Origin: an uncultured Mollicutes bacterium
Lineage (GTDB): Bacteria; Bacillota_I; Bacilli_A; ML615J-28; CAG-313
Assembly: GCA_900548675.1 (NCBI GenBank)
Contig: URLJ01000001.1
Coordinates: 73,855-137,854 of the forward strand
Reading direction: 5' to 3'
DNA length: 64,000 bases
Numbering within the stretch: position 1 is the first letter of the stretch; every line of letters starts with the position of its first letter. The position numbers and the translations under genes are program-made. Shown here piece by piece: positions 32,291 through 43,364 of the stretch. The notes under the pieces are model-generated. The model was given only the letters and a program-made list of their open reading frames with translations, was not told the DNA's origin and searched no databases.

Positions 32291-33049
32291 TTATGATTTT
32301 TCATTATTTATTGGTCTTAACCAATGTTTTAATTCGACCTTTTTAGGGTCTGCGCCTGCTAATAGTGATTGTCGAGAACTTTCAAATTCTTCAATCATTT
32401 GCATACGCTTAAATTGGTCGTTAAATGCATAATAGGTTAAATCCCATACATTTAGTGCATTTAAACCATTGCCTTTGGCCGCAAGTGAAGCAACCAAATC
32501 TACAAAAGATAAGTTAGAGTTAGAATTTTTCTTTTCTCTAATTTTTCTTCCTTCTTTAAGCTTTTTAATAATCTGCTCAGCCTTACTGTTAGCTGGATTA
32601 TTCATTTTTTCTTCAGCGCTTTCTTTATGCACCACATTTTGCGCGGCAACTATGGCACAAATTGTATTAAAATCTTCTTCCATTATTAGACGTTCTTCAC
32701 GAATATCTCCTAGGACTATAGCCTCATTACCTACAAGAATCGTAATATTTTCTTCATGCAAAAAGAATTTAAAAGCTTTTTGTAAATTATTAAAATATTG
32801 CTTATCTTCATGAGCATTTATTAAAGTAAATTGAAAAGGAGTAACTTGTACTTCCATTTTTTGCTCTTTTAAAAAATCGTCAATATCTTCTTTTTCTAAT
32901 GTAAAAAAACTAAGATAACTGTAAAAGTTTTTTGCGCCAATTTCTGCAATTTCTCTTACTGTTACTGGATAGACTTTACATATATTTTTAATTTCTGTTG
33001 GAATGCCAACAAAAAATTGTTCGGGATTAATTAAATTCTGTATGTCCAT
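32291..33049 (-). CDS. hypothetical virion/assembly protein
   Basis: ORF in the structural operon. Confidence 0.3.
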   Translation of the reverse strand: MDIQNLINPEQFFVGIPTEIKNICKVYPVTVREIAEIGAKNFYSYLSFFTLEKEDIDDFLKEQKMEVQVTPFQFTLINAHEDKQYFNNLQKAFKFFLHEENITILVGNEAIVLGDIREERLIMEEDFNTICAIVAAQNVVHKESAEEKMNNPANSKAEQIIKKLKEGRKIREKKNSNSNLSFVDLVASLAAKGNGLNALNVWDLTYYAFNDQFKRMQMIEEFESSRQSLLAGADPKKVELKHWLRPINNEKS

Positions 33050-33536
33050 ACTTTAACGAATATCCTGATAAATATGGAGATACTACCAAACGATTTGAAC
33101 TTATAAAAGATAAATTGCCAATACCAGCCAATTTCTTTTCATTAAATTCTTTATCAATCTCATTCATCATTAAATAAGGTCTTAAAGATTTTCCGTTTAC
33201 TACCCATCTATCCATTGGGCATAAAACATCAAAACGTACAGTAGCAATTTTAAAATCCGCATTTTGAGGGTCTACTATATATTTATCTAATAAAATAATA
33301 ATATAGCAATTCTTGTCTTGGTCCTCGTCTGGAATTTTTGGTGTGATTAATATATTTTTATGCAACATTTTATCTATTTCATCTTGAGGAATATCAGGAT
33401 GAGATAATGGGTCACGATCGGTATATTTTATTAACTTTAATAAATTTTGATTTTGTAATAATTTATTAACGATTTTAAAAATATCTTCCCCCATTACTTC
33501 AAATCGTCTTTGAGTGCCTATTTTTGTCTCAGCCAT
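33027..33536 (-). CDS. hypothetical head-tail joining protein
   Basis: ORF in the structural operon. Overlaps the downstream gene by 23 nt. Confidence 0.3.
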   Translation of the reverse strand: MAETKIGTQRRFEVMGEDIFKIVNKLLQNQNLLKLIKYTDRDPLSHPDIPQDEIDKMLHKNILITPKIPDEDQDKNCYIIILLDKYIVDPQNADFKIATVRFDVLCPMDRWVVNGKSLRPYLMMNEIDKEFNEKKLAGIGNLSFISSNRLVVSPYLSGYSLKYGHTEFN

Positions 33537-33544
33537 AATTCACC

Positions 33545-34762
33545 TCACATCCATAAACTTGTTACATTAACTGTTTTTGTTATAATAGAACCATCTTCAA
33601 AAGTACATTCTATCATAATTGAACCAGTTTTATTTTCTGTATTTGCTGTAATAGTTACTGACGAACTACTAACCTCATACGATTGCAATACTTCATCTAT
33701 ATCAGTTATAGTAAATGTTGCCGCACTAGGTTCTTCAACACCATTAATAACTTTCACGGCTGAAAGAACTTTTGTTCTACCCCATTTGATACTAGAATCA
33801 CCTTGTATAGTGTAATAATAGTTATCTTGAGATTCTGCGCCAATTGTAATTACTAATTCCTTATAAACTTCATTATTTTCTTCCATACAAACTCTTAACT
33901 TAACTTTTCCTTCTTTATTGCAAGTAAGTTTTAAGTTTTCATCAATTGAAACTAAATTTTTGCCTTGAATTATCTCAACAAAAATTGCATCTGAATATTT
34001 GTTACCGTTTAAGAAAATTTCTCCATTAATTTGATACTCATCTCCTACACCCAAATTAACTTCAGTTGCGCCAATTTCAACATCAAATTTATTTAAATCA
34101 ACAATATTAGCAATATTGTTGTCCAAATCATCATTATATAAATCTTTCTTATCTTCTGTTAAAGATAAGTAAATAATATTTTTTACACTAATATAATCGC
34201 TTTCTACTACAAACCATGCAGTTTCATCAACTAAGAATTTTTGTCCTAGTTGAATATCTCTACGAGAAGTAATAATTTCCATATATTTATTTGGCTGCGG
34301 TGTAATCATATTGTTCCAAGTTCTAAAATTAGCTTTAACTTTATCATCGTTTTGAGCAACCAAATAACAAGGTACTTCTTGAAGTATACCATATTGATTA
34401 ACCCATTTGATATTATGTCTACATTCAAGACCTTCAAACTTATCATAGGCATTAATTGTATCCACAGTTTTTCTTATCATCAACCAAACGGTATTATCCC
34501 AATATAAAAAGTCTCCTATTCTTATCCCATCTTCAATTGCGCATAAAAAATATCTTCTTGTAAGAGTATCACTTTCTTTACTCTCAATTGTGGCAACTCT
34601 AGTTTGTGTACCAGTTACCTTATTAATATTAACTTCTATTGCGTTTGGTGAACTTTGTAGGAAATATTTAAAATCATGGCGCGCTTGTGCTTGAACGAGA
34701 TTTTTAAATCCCTTACCATGATTTTTCCCTCTTTTTTCAAATACTTGATAATAATCAGTCAT
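33545..34762 (-). CDS. structural protein with C-terminal Ig-like repeats
   Basis: C-terminal beta-rich repeats of a kind common in head or tail decoration proteins. Confidence 0.3.
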   Translation of the reverse strand: MTDYYQVFEKRGKNHGKGFKNLVQAQARHDFKYFLQSSPNAIEVNINKVTGTQTRVATIESKESDTLTRRYFLCAIEDGIRIGDFLYWDNTVWLMIRKTVDTINAYDKFEGLECRHNIKWVNQYGILQEVPCYLVAQNDDKVKANFRTWNNMITPQPNKYMEIITSRRDIQLGQKFLVDETAWFVVESDYISVKNIIYLSLTEDKKDLYNDDLDNNIANIVDLNKFDVEIGATEVNLGVGDEYQINGEIFLNGNKYSDAIFVEIIQGKNLVSIDENLKLTCNKEGKVKLRVCMEENNEVYKELVITIGAESQDNYYYTIQGDSSIKWGRTKVLSAVKVINGVEEPSAATFTITDIDEVLQSYEVSSSSVTITANTENKTGSIMIECTFEDGSIITKTVNVTSLWM

Positions 34763-35067
34763 TAGTCCATACTATCATAGATACTTGAGATTAAATTCAT
34801 ACATTCAAAAATAGTTTTTCTAAAGTATGAAAATCTTAAATATCTTAAAGAGCTAATTTTTGCGCGCAATGTATAATAATTAATTGACGCAAGCTCATCT
34901 TCTAAACCAATTAGTTCAATTTCAATAGTACCAAGAAACTTTTCCCATTCACCACGTTTCTCACGTTCGCCTAAAAGTCCATATAATTTATCTTTAAGCT
35001 TATCTCCATAAGCTACTTTAAAAACTTTATTATCCACTATTTTCCTCCTCCTGCTAGCTGTGACCAA
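34762..35067 (-). CDS. hypothetical protein
   Basis: ORF whose start/stop overlaps its neighbour, suggesting translational coupling. Confidence 0.3.
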   Translation of the reverse strand: MVTASRRRKIVDNKVFKVAYGDKLKDKLYGLLGEREKRGEWEKFLGTIEIELIGLEDELASINYYTLRAKISSLRYLRFSYFRKTIFECMNLISSIYDSMD

Positions 35068-35489
35068 TTGAAAGGAGAGTGATTTTGCATACGACTATAA
35101 ACATTTGTCATATTTAAAACTTCTCTATTTGATAACTCAACTAAATTAATTAGTTTGGCCATATGATTAGCTTGAGATAGGAATTCAAAATCTTTAGTAT
35201 GATATTGTTGTTGAATTACTCTCCAAGTTGCTAAACATCTCTTTAACCATTCATTCTTCATTAACACAGCTAAAAATTGTATTTCTCCTTGACCTAATTC
35301 TTCAACAAAGCATTCTGACTCTTCATCATACTCTAAACTTATTTTTGGAAACATAAAACGTGCGATAGCCATTTTCATTAATTCAAACCAATCTCTTTTC
35401 AAATCAGCTAAATCAGTTGTTAATGACCACTCATCTTGTTCTATTCTTCCAAGAAAAGCTTCATTTACCACTTTGAATGGAGTGCCCAT
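35037..35489 (-). CDS. hypothetical head-tail connector-region protein
   Basis: ORF in the structural operon. Confidence 0.3.
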   Translation of the reverse strand: MGTPFKVVNEAFLGRIEQDEWSLTTDLADLKRDWFELMKMAIARFMFPKISLEYDEESECFVEELGQGEIQFLAVLMKNEWLKRCLATWRVIQQQYHTKDFEFLSQANHMAKLINLVELSNREVLNMTNVYSRMQNHSPFNWSQLAGGGK

Positions 35490-35505
35490 TTTACACCTCC
35501 ATTAA

Positions 35506-35979
35506 TTATTGGTCATTGTTTTTAACTAAAGTAATAATATCTACTCCTAATACATCTTTTATAATTTTTTGTTTATTATAATCTACATTTTTTAATGTAT
35601 AAGCTGTACTAATTAATGTTTCGATACTTCCAGGTCTTAAAGAACGAACTTTATTTTCAAAAACTGTTAAATCAGTTTCATCTACTAGTAATCTTCTTGC
35701 ATCTGCTACTGAAAATGGTACAACCATATCTCCGCCTTCGTATTCTAAACCAACTAGTTTACGATGGTCTGGATTAACAATTCCTAAATAACCTTGAACA
35801 AATAAATTGTATGTTCCTTGGTCATATATAGCCTCTTGTAATTCATCAGCTGGGATAGGAATTTGTTGACCTTGTCTTTTCCATTCTCTTCTAACGTGTC
35901 TAGCTTCGCAATTGTACACTACTGAACCTGGTACTAAGCTTTCAACAACCACTCTAATTTTTCTTAAATCTTCTTCCAT
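35506..35979 (-). CDS. hypothetical head-completion protein
   Basis: RBS AAAGGAGGAA sits 6 nt before the internal ATG (MEEDLRK). The track ORF extends further to 36030. Confidence 0.3.
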   Translation of the reverse strand: MEEDLRKIRVVVESLVPGSVVYNCEARHVRREWKRQGQQIPIPADELQEAIYDQGTYNLFVQGYLGIVNPDHRKLVGLEYEGGDMVVPFSVADARRLLVDETDLTVFENKVRSLRPGSIETLISTAYTLKNVDYNKQKIIKDVLGVDIITLVKNNDQ

Positions 35980-36059
35980 TTTGTTTCCTCCTTTAAACTC
36001 ATTCGCGTGTGGGCTCGGCGCCCACCGCAAACCTATTTTGAACTATTCTCAAATTCAAA

Positions 36060-37070
36060 TTACATACTTAAAACATCTTCAGAAATTGAAGTGTCTTTAT
36101 AAATTCCCCAGTTGTTGTAATATAACATTCCTACACCATATTTTTTGTAGAATTGCATTTCTAATGACCAGTCTTTATTTACCCAATCATTCATTTGTAA
36201 TTCTCCTTCTAATACGATTTTAACAACTTTTTCTTTTCCTGCTGGCATAACGAAAGCGTATGCTGGGTCATAAGCCCATTTTAAGTTAGCTTCTGTTTCT
36301 GTAGCCATAGGTAATACTACTACTGGTGTTCCATGATAGATACCAATATAACCTTGTGTTCTTACTTCCATTTTGTCTGTATCATTTAAATAAGTTCCTT
36401 TAACTTCATTGTCAATGTTTCTAGCAAATAATGGTGTACAGAAGATTATAGCGTTATCTCCATATGATTTAACAACAGATATTAATCTATCCATTCCTAA
36501 TTTATCGAATCCATTAGCTGTAACTTTATTAGCTGAAGGCATTTTTACTGATGTATAAGCAGCTATTAATTGTTCATAAACAGCTTTATATATAGCATCT
36601 TCTAATCCTTCCATAATAATGTCAACTAAATCAGCCATATCATCTAAACCATCTAAATATCTTTCCCAGTCGATGATTGCAGCTGCACCAACAGCTTGTG
36701 TTGTGATTTCGATAGTTTCGCTATCTAATCTGAAAGCTTCATATGTACCAGCTGGTGATACTTTTGTTATGAAACTTTTAGCTCTTTGTTTTCCAAGTCT
36801 TTTCTTGAATGTTGCTTTATTTCCTTGTCCAACTTGTTGTACTTCAGCAAATTGTCCCATTATATCAATTACTCTTGTAGGGATTATTTCATCTGCTGTT
36901 TGTTGGATTAATTCAAATAAATCCCATTTATTTTTTTGATAATCTTTCATTGAACCAGCTAATTTTCTGATTTCTTCTCTTAAAGCGAATTCAGAATCTT
37001 CTCTAGTAAAGTTTGCAACTGCTTTACCTGTAGCTGCAGCCAATGCTAATTCTCTTAAATTTTTATCCAT
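36060..37070 (-). CDS. major capsid protein (putative, HK97-fold size class)
   Basis: 336 aa. Lies downstream of the portal and scaffold-like genes and is followed by a GC hairpin at 36008-36030. Confidence 0.45.
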   Translation of the reverse strand: MDKNLRELALAAATGKAVANFTREDSEFALREEIRKLAGSMKDYQKNKWDLFELIQQTADEIIPTRVIDIMGQFAEVQQVGQGNKATFKKRLGKQRAKSFITKVSPAGTYEAFRLDSETIEITTQAVGAAAIIDWERYLDGLDDMADLVDIIMEGLEDAIYKAVYEQLIAAYTSVKMPSANKVTANGFDKLGMDRLISVVKSYGDNAIIFCTPLFARNIDNEVKGTYLNDTDKMEVRTQGYIGIYHGTPVVVLPMATETEANLKWAYDPAYAFVMPAGKEKVVKIVLEGELQMNDWVNKDWSLEMQFYKKYGVGMLYYNNWGIYKDTSISEDVLSM

Positions 37071-37099
37071 TATTGTTTCCTCCTTTAAAAATTAACTGA

Positions 37100-37657
37100 C
37101 TAGTCAGCTTTGATTACTGCAAATTTAATTCCAGCGTCTCCGTTTGGTATTGTTGTAACTTTAACAACTTTTAATACTACTTTTCCTGTTGGAGCTGTTT
37201 TTGTTAATTCAATGCATCCTTTGAATCCAGCAACTTCACATGGTTTTCCATAAACTGCTGTTCCAGCTTCTACTGTTGCAGCGATTGCATCAACATCAGC
37301 AAATACTGCGTTGTCATATACTACTGTAGAAGTAGTGAATCTATCATTAACTTCTAATTTACCTAATCTTGGCATATATCCATATTCAGGTGATAAGTAA
37401 TGTTGGTCTAAACCAACTACGTTTACATCATATTCTTTTTCTGCGCTATCTAAAATCATTATAGCGTCAGCGCTTGTAGATGGATATTCAATTACACCTT
37501 TAGCGTAATTAACTCCTAATAACATCCCGTTTTCAGCTTTTGTAACTGATTCATCTAATGGATACATAGCCATTATGTTTCCTGTTCTTGGGTATGTTAC
37601 AGCATTTTTTTCTAAAACACCGTTAGCGTTAGCTACTAATCTTGTATTAACTGTCAT
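37100..37657 (-). CDS. head protein (decoration or scaffold-associated?)
   Basis: Position between the scaffold-like gene and the capsid gene. Confidence 0.25.
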   Translation of the reverse strand: MTVNTRLVANANGVLEKNAVTYPRTGNIMAMYPLDESVTKAENGMLLGVNYAKGVIEYPSTSADAIMILDSAEKEYDVNVVGLDQHYLSPEYGYMPRLGKLEVNDRFTTSTVVYDNAVFADVDAIAATVEAGTAVYGKPCEVAGFKGCIELTKTAPTGKVVLKVVKVTTIPNGDAGIKFAVIKAD

Positions 37658-37673
37658 TTTGTTTCCTCCTTAA

Positions 37674-38978
37674 CTATTTTTTAACATATTGAGCTACTAT
37701 TGCAGCCGCACCTGTTAAACTATCTTTGTGGTTATTAACCAAACTGTATTGTGATGTTTCATCTTCTAATTCTTCGTTGCTTTCTTTATCTAATATGCAA
37801 ATTGCAATATCTTTTTTAAGTTCAACTGCAGAATCATAAGAATCCATTTTAGATTTAAAGCTTTCAATTTCTTCTTCTGTTAATTTGTTAGAATAAGAAT
37901 TTAAAACAGTTTCTTTTTCTTCTTTAATTTTTTGAGCTTTATAAGATTTTAAACCTTCTAATTCTTCTTTTAAACTAGCGATTTCTTCATCTTTTTTAGC
38001 TAATTCAGCATTTAAGTCAACTTCAGGTTCTTCTTCAGACTCTTCTTCTTCAGATTCTTCGTCTTCTTCTTCACCTTCTTCTTCGTCAGACTCTTCATCA
38101 GATTCTTCTTCTGGTTCTTCTGAACCTTCTGTTTCTTCTTCTTCAGATTCTTCCTCAGATTGTTCCTCAGAAGCAGCTCCTTCTTCAACTTCTTCTTCAG
38201 GTTTAGCTTCTGCCGCACCATCTTCTAATTCATTGTTTGCAGGAACTTCTTTTTCTTGTTCTTCTTCAGGAGTGATAGTAGACTCTAAAGCATCTTTGTT
38301 TTCTTCTTCCATTTCTTGACCTCCTGTTGATTTTTTGTCTACGCCGTCTAATGTATTATATAAACTGAACATTTCTACTAACTCTTTACTAAATTCAGCT
38401 TTTTTATCAGCTTTATTGTTTAATTCATAGAAAGATGACCCTTCAAAACAAGGTTCATATTCTTCTCCTAAAACACATAAACCAAAAAATTCTGCATTTG
38501 TAAATTGATAATAGAATTCATCATCTTGTTCAACCCATTCACCTTCAATAGTGTTTGGATTTAATTCCATTGAATGACTTTTACCAACTATCCTTGAGGC
38601 TATAGGATAGCGCCCAGTCCATAAGATTATATCTGTGCAGGCATATGTTCTATATACTCCATCTGGGTCTAAATTCATTTCCCAGCTAAAGTTCATTGTT
38701 TCTGGCACAAATCCATAGGCTTTTAATTCTTCAGGAGCCCATGGTGAATGTCCTTCAAAATCATCTTTTTCTCCTTGAAAATTTCCAACAATTGGAGTTC
38801 CAGGTAAAGAAGCGATTAATTTCTCAGCGATTTCTTCAGTAATATATGAACCATTTCTGTTAAGTCCTTTATAAAATATTTTTAATCTTGCTTTTGAAAA
38901 AGCAGAATTATTCAATGGAGTTAAGTTTCCATAGACTGTCGCAACAAAATTTGTTGGAGTAGATTTATTATTTGACAT
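37674..38978 (-). CDS. scaffolding-like protein with an extremely acidic Glu/Asp-rich region and a C-terminal coiled coil; possible protease fusion
   Basis: EEEESEEE-type low-complexity stretch and LKEELEGLK coiled coil. RBS TAGGAGGAAG before ATG (MSNNKSTP). The track start at 39098 overlaps the portal gene. Confidence 0.3.
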   Translation of the reverse strand: MSNNKSTPTNFVATVYGNLTPLNNSAFSKARLKIFYKGLNRNGSYITEEIAEKLIASLPGTPIVGNFQGEKDDFEGHSPWAPEELKAYGFVPETMNFSWEMNLDPDGVYRTYACTDIILWTGRYPIASRIVGKSHSMELNPNTIEGEWVEQDDEFYYQFTNAEFFGLCVLGEEYEPCFEGSSFYELNNKADKKAEFSKELVEMFSLYNTLDGVDKKSTGGQEMEEENKDALESTITPEEEQEKEVPANNELEDGAAEAKPEEEVEEGAASEEQSEEESEEEETEGSEEPEEESDEESDEEEGEEEDEESEEEESEEEPEVDLNAELAKKDEEIASLKEELEGLKSYKAQKIKEEKETVLNSYSNKLTEEEIESFKSKMDSYDSAVELKKDIAICILDKESNEELEDETSQYSLVNNHKDSLTGAAAIVAQYVKK

Positions 38979-38988
38979 ATTCTTCCTC

Positions 38989-40563
38989 CTATTTAGACTC
39001 TTCGTTCTGACGAGTCTTATCTGATTTTTCCTTGTCTTTCTTCTCCGGCGCACCACCATTATCAGATTTAAGAGTGTTGCCCTCTCCTTCTTTTCCACTT
39101 GTCGTGTGAGAAGATTGTAGTGGTACCATTCGAGATGCTAAATCTAAGAACTCATTTTCAAGAGTTATTAAATTCAATAAGTTACTTTGTTTTATACCTG
39201 ATGCAATTCCGGCTAATATTTTACTATAACCATATTGAGCACCTTTCAAATATAAATCAAACATTTCCTCTCGATTATAATGTGTTATTGGTAATATAGT
39301 AACTTCAAAAAAAATCTTTTTGTCAGCAAATTTTTTGTTAACGTGATATGTTAAAAATGCATCAAACATTTTTGCTATATCTAATACTAATGCCATGTCT
39401 ACTTTTTGAGAATATTCTAATGCGGTTGTTCCATCTGAAGCAAATAAGTTTTTACTTACTCCGGCTTCATTATAAACTGAACGTTCCATTTTTTCTAGAT
39501 TATCTCTATTAGCTTGTTTACTATCTTGTAATTCTAACATTTCAACTTCCGCAAAAGTGGTTAAAACATCAACGTCAGGATTGTTTTTTAACATTTTTAC
39601 AACTGCTTTATGTATTTCTAACGCTTCGTCAGTTGTAAACAATAATTCTCCGTTATCATCCATTGGAATTTTTTGCAATAAAATTTTCTTTAATTCTTGT
39701 TTGTCTAAAGCTTTTTCTATTCCTTTGTAATCATTTAAATCTTCAATAGCTTTAATTGTACTTGCGAATAAAGGTTTTGTATCTTTATAATAAAACACAA
39801 TTCCTAAATTATCTGGTATAAGCATCCATCTACTATTTAATTTTTTATTTTTTAAATAAGTTTTACCGTTTGATGCTCTATCAGTAATCTCATTAAAATA
39901 TTTATAATATTCGTTTCTTACAATTTTAGGATAAAGTTTTAATTCATCAACGTTAGTCATTACTTCTCTTCCTTTTAATACTATAAAATAATTTAAATCA
40001 AATTCCAATACAGGTAAATCATTCATAGATTTGTATCTGCTACGACAATAAGTTGGGTCTAAATCTTGGAAAATAAATTTTCCATTTGAGCATTCTTTAA
40101 AAAATCCATAATATGCACCATCTACTAATACAGATGCCACAATTCTAGATAATTCTTTTTCAAGATGTAAGTCATCAATAAAATAACATGCGTCATTTAA
40201 AACTTTAATTGTTTTAGTTTTGTCTCCATCTTTTCCTGCTTTAATTTTTGGTGTTACTAACACATCATAAGTTAACATAGTAGCTAAATAGATGATTAAA
40301 CGTCTATAAAGGCCACTAATGTCCCAATATAAACGAGAAAGTGTTCTTAATTCTGTTTCGTTTCCGCGCTGTAAAATATCTTCAATTTCTTCTGATGTTT
40401 TTCTAACATTAAATCTTTGTTTTTTGTTAGTTCCATTGTAATAAGTATTTAAGCTTTCTGCCGCAATGTCTTCAAGAGCTTTTTTAAAAGTAGTAAAGTC
40501 TCTTTTACCTGCTACGACTACCGCATTTTCTGGCGCAGATTTTTGTGTTTTTTCTTCGTTCAA
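38989..40563 (-). CDS. portal protein (putative)
   Basis: 524 aa immediately downstream of the terminase large subunit. TTG start abuts the terL stop (TAATTG), with RBS GAGGAGGTG 8 nt upstream. Confidence 0.45.
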   Translation of the reverse strand: MNEEKTQKSAPENAVVVAGKRDFTTFKKALEDIAAESLNTYYNGTNKKQRFNVRKTSEEIEDILQRGNETELRTLSRLYWDISGLYRRLIIYLATMLTYDVLVTPKIKAGKDGDKTKTIKVLNDACYFIDDLHLEKELSRIVASVLVDGAYYGFFKECSNGKFIFQDLDPTYCRSRYKSMNDLPVLEFDLNYFIVLKGREVMTNVDELKLYPKIVRNEYYKYFNEITDRASNGKTYLKNKKLNSRWMLIPDNLGIVFYYKDTKPLFASTIKAIEDLNDYKGIEKALDKQELKKILLQKIPMDDNGELLFTTDEALEIHKAVVKMLKNNPDVDVLTTFAEVEMLELQDSKQANRDNLEKMERSVYNEAGVSKNLFASDGTTALEYSQKVDMALVLDIAKMFDAFLTYHVNKKFADKKIFFEVTILPITHYNREEMFDLYLKGAQYGYSKILAGIASGIKQSNLLNLITLENEFLDLASRMVPLQSSHTTSGKEGEGNTLKSDNGGAPEKKDKEKSDKTRQNEESK

Positions 40564-42345
40564 TTATTTTCCACCTCCTCTTGATGAAAATAACATAAAT
40601 TGTTTTAAATCTCTTTTTTGCCTAGATTTTCGTTTCATATATTGCATTTCATGTTCTTTAATTCTATATAAACCATATTCAAAAGCTGAAAATTTATCCT
40701 TACTCATACCTGTATTAATACGTTCTAAAGTTAAATTATTTTGATTAATATTCCCATCTTTAATACGCATATTTAAAATTTCTTCAATTAAAATTCCTTG
40801 TAAAGTATAAGGGCGTAATTTTCTAATTCTCATTTCAATCGGCATTTTCATTCCTTTTTCAGTTGCTAACAATCTATCTTTAGCATCTTGCTCTCTAATT
40901 AAGAAATGAACTTTTCCACTAACCAGTTCAGAAAAACAAGTACTGTTAATAACTCCTTGATTAGTTGCTCCTGCTTTCATTACATAAATTAATTTTTGAC
41001 AATCTCTAGGCTGTTTTTGTAAATAATCTTCATCGTTAAAAGAGCCATAAGGCGGATAAACTTGTTTAGTTAAATCGTGTCTACTATATTGTATCATATA
41101 GTCCATTAAACCAACACCCAAACCATTACCGTCTATTACAACCTCTTTAGGTTGATATGCTACAATCATTTCTTTAATTCTTGCAGCTTGATGTTCAAAG
41201 TGTAGTTTTTCTGGTAAAACTTCTAAATTAACCAATTTTTTAGTAAATCCGTTTTCGTGCGCTAAAACTTTAAACACACAAATCGTGGTTTCCGCGCAAA
41301 GTCTGGCTACATCTATACTTAAGATGTAAAATTGTTCAGTATTATATCCAAGTTTTTGCGCATTATTCTTTGCTTTAAATTCTGTATTAACAACAACTCT
41401 ATGTCTTACAAGTGTGTCGAAGTTAATCCAGCTATCAGATGAACCTCCGGTCCATATTGACATATACTCACGAGCAAAATCGTCTTCTTTAAACGTCCCA
41501 CTCATTTTTAATTCAGATACATATGTCTTAGGTATAAGTCCTGCCATTACAGGAATCCTATAATCACAGCCCCATACAAAAGCTTGACTCGCATCAATTA
41601 CCGAATTTACCATTAATTCTTTCATTCTTTCATATGCATATGAATTTTTACTTCCCGCAGATGAAATATAAATTTGAGCTTGATGCGGTTCATTGTTATT
41701 AAGTTCTCCATTAACAGTTCTTCTATTAACGTTCATCAGTGGTAATACAACTGAGTTAAGCATGTCTCCGTCATGGTCACGAACTTCGTCTATAATTCCT
41801 GCGTGTCTACGACCACCACGTTGTGCATCTTGTGCAGCAACTATATCAAATACAGAACCGTTACGAAAAACTATACGTACTAAAGTGGCTTGAAAGTTTT
41901 TACTAATAACTTCCTTTTCTAGAATTGGGAATAAGTCCCACAATTCTGTTAATTTTTCCATTGCAATTTTAGTACCTTGTTCTTTACCTGGCGCACAAAT
42001 AAACACTTTTGAACGAGGTAAGAATATACATCTTAAATACAAAGCTAAAATTGATAAGAATGATTTGGCGAACGCTCTAGGCGCCGTACAATAATGATAA
42101 CGATATCTCATGCAAGCGCGCAAGAATATTCTTTGATATGGGAATAATTTAAAGTTTGAGTCTTTAGGTGTAATCATATCAACAAATAAATCTGGGTAAG
42201 CAGTAAAGAAATTAACATACCAAGTATATAAATCATAATTCTTATCAATACGGTCTTCGGTTAAAATAACACCTTTGTCAATTTTAATACCTTCGCGTGT
42301 ATCTTCTTTGTCTACTACAATTTCTTTAGTCAGTTGAATAGCCAT
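40564..42345 (-). CDS. terL: terminase large subunit
   Basis: Deviant Walker A (TAPRAFAKS), Walker B (AGIIDEV), and a C-terminal RNaseH-like nuclease segment (VIDGNGLGVGLMD). 593 aa. Confidence 0.55.
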   Translation of the reverse strand: MAIQLTKEIVVDKEDTREGIKIDKGVILTEDRIDKNYDLYTWYVNFFTAYPDLFVDMITPKDSNFKLFPYQRIFLRACMRYRYHYCTAPRAFAKSFLSILALYLRCIFLPRSKVFICAPGKEQGTKIAMEKLTELWDLFPILEKEVISKNFQATLVRIVFRNGSVFDIVAAQDAQRGGRRHAGIIDEVRDHDGDMLNSVVLPLMNVNRRTVNGELNNNEPHQAQIYISSAGSKNSYAYERMKELMVNSVIDASQAFVWGCDYRIPVMAGLIPKTYVSELKMSGTFKEDDFAREYMSIWTGGSSDSWINFDTLVRHRVVVNTEFKAKNNAQKLGYNTEQFYILSIDVARLCAETTICVFKVLAHENGFTKKLVNLEVLPEKLHFEHQAARIKEMIVAYQPKEVVIDGNGLGVGLMDYMIQYSRHDLTKQVYPPYGSFNDEDYLQKQPRDCQKLIYVMKAGATNQGVINSTCFSELVSGKVHFLIREQDAKDRLLATEKGMKMPIEMRIRKLRPYTLQGILIEEILNMRIKDGNINQNNLTLERINTGMSKDKFSAFEYGLYRIKEHEMQYMKRKSRQKRDLKQFMLFSSRGGGK

Positions 42346-43364
42346 TAATCATCCACCTCGAATTCTTCATTTAATTCATCTGCTAATTCATCATCAATTG
42401 TCACACCATTATATTTCTCATCTTCAAAATTATCATCTTCTTCAATTCTATTCATTTGTTGAATTTGTTCTAACTTATTATTAAGCTCTTCCGCAATGTT
42501 GGTTTCTCCAATAACAATACGTTTTGTATATTTTTGAAGGTTTTGCATAACCTTATCAATCTCATCTCTTGGCGCCCAATCGTAAAATTTATTTTTATAA
42601 CCACGTTTTTCAAGGAACGCGCATAATTCACCAATTGATTCGAAATCTCCAACATTCTTTGCAGTTTTTGGAGTAAAATCGGCAGCTTTAGCAAGTTGGT
42701 CATATGCTCCAATAAGAGCTTTAACTTCAGTTCCAGTTTTGTTATATCCTTCTTCCTCTTTCCAAATTGCTTTCTCAATTTGATAAGATAACATACACAT
42801 TTTTCGCGCGTTATCTCGTTGAATAGCAGTTGTAATAGATTGAGTTTTATCAATTTCATTATACATATTTTCAAAATATAATAATTGTTCTTGAGTAAAA
42901 TCTCTTCCCCATTTTTCTTGCAAGTCTTTAAAATCTTCTTGACTTAAAAGTTTAATACGAGAACGAGTTTCATTATTTTGAATAATCATATCCCACTCGC
43001 GCTGAACTTCTTTCCAATTAATAGTTTCATAAATTTTACCCCAGTTTTGAGTTGCATACAACTTGAATGCACCTTGACCATTGCTATCAGCAAGTGTCAT
43101 CCAAACATTTGGGTCGAATGGTAAATCCGCATACTGACAAAACTTATCGGCTTTCTCAATATCATGACAATCTCCAAAATATTTATCTAAACACTCATTA
43201 CAAATATCAATATAACCGTCTGGAAAGAACCAAGAAGTACTGGCTAAATAACCATCTTGTCTGCGGTATTCACCACATTTACGGCAATTCTTGCCGACAA
43301 TTCGTGTTGCTTTTAAAGGTTCTACTCTATTACTATTATCACTAATCAAATCTTTAAAATCCAT
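42345..43364 (-). CDS. hypothetical protein with CxxC...CxxC zinc-ribbon (terminase small subunit candidate)
   Basis: Translationally coupled upstream of terL. Confidence 0.25.
   Translation of the reverse strand: MDFKDLISDNSNRVEPLKATRIVGKNCRKCGEYRRQDGYLASTSWFFPDGYIDICNECLDKYFGDCHDIEKADKFCQYADLPFDPNVWMTLADSNGQGAFKLYATQNWGKIYETINWKEVQREWDMIIQNNETRSRIKLLSQEDFKDLQEKWGRDFTQEQLLYFENMYNEIDKTQSITTAIQRDNARKMCMLSYQIEKAIWKEEEGYNKTGTEVKALIGAYDQLAKAADFTPKTAKNVGDFESIGELCAFLEKRGYKNKFYDWAPRDEIDKVMQNLQKYTKRIVIGETNIAEELNNKLEQIQQMNRIEEDDNFEDEKYNGVTIDDELADELNEEFEVDD

Noticed and set aside
36001-36050. GC hairpin GTGGGC-tcgg-cGCCCAC after the major capsid gene as a terminator
   Set aside because: There is no U-tract on the transcribed (-) strand. 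It is possibly an attenuator or RNA stability element, but not a clear intrinsic terminator.
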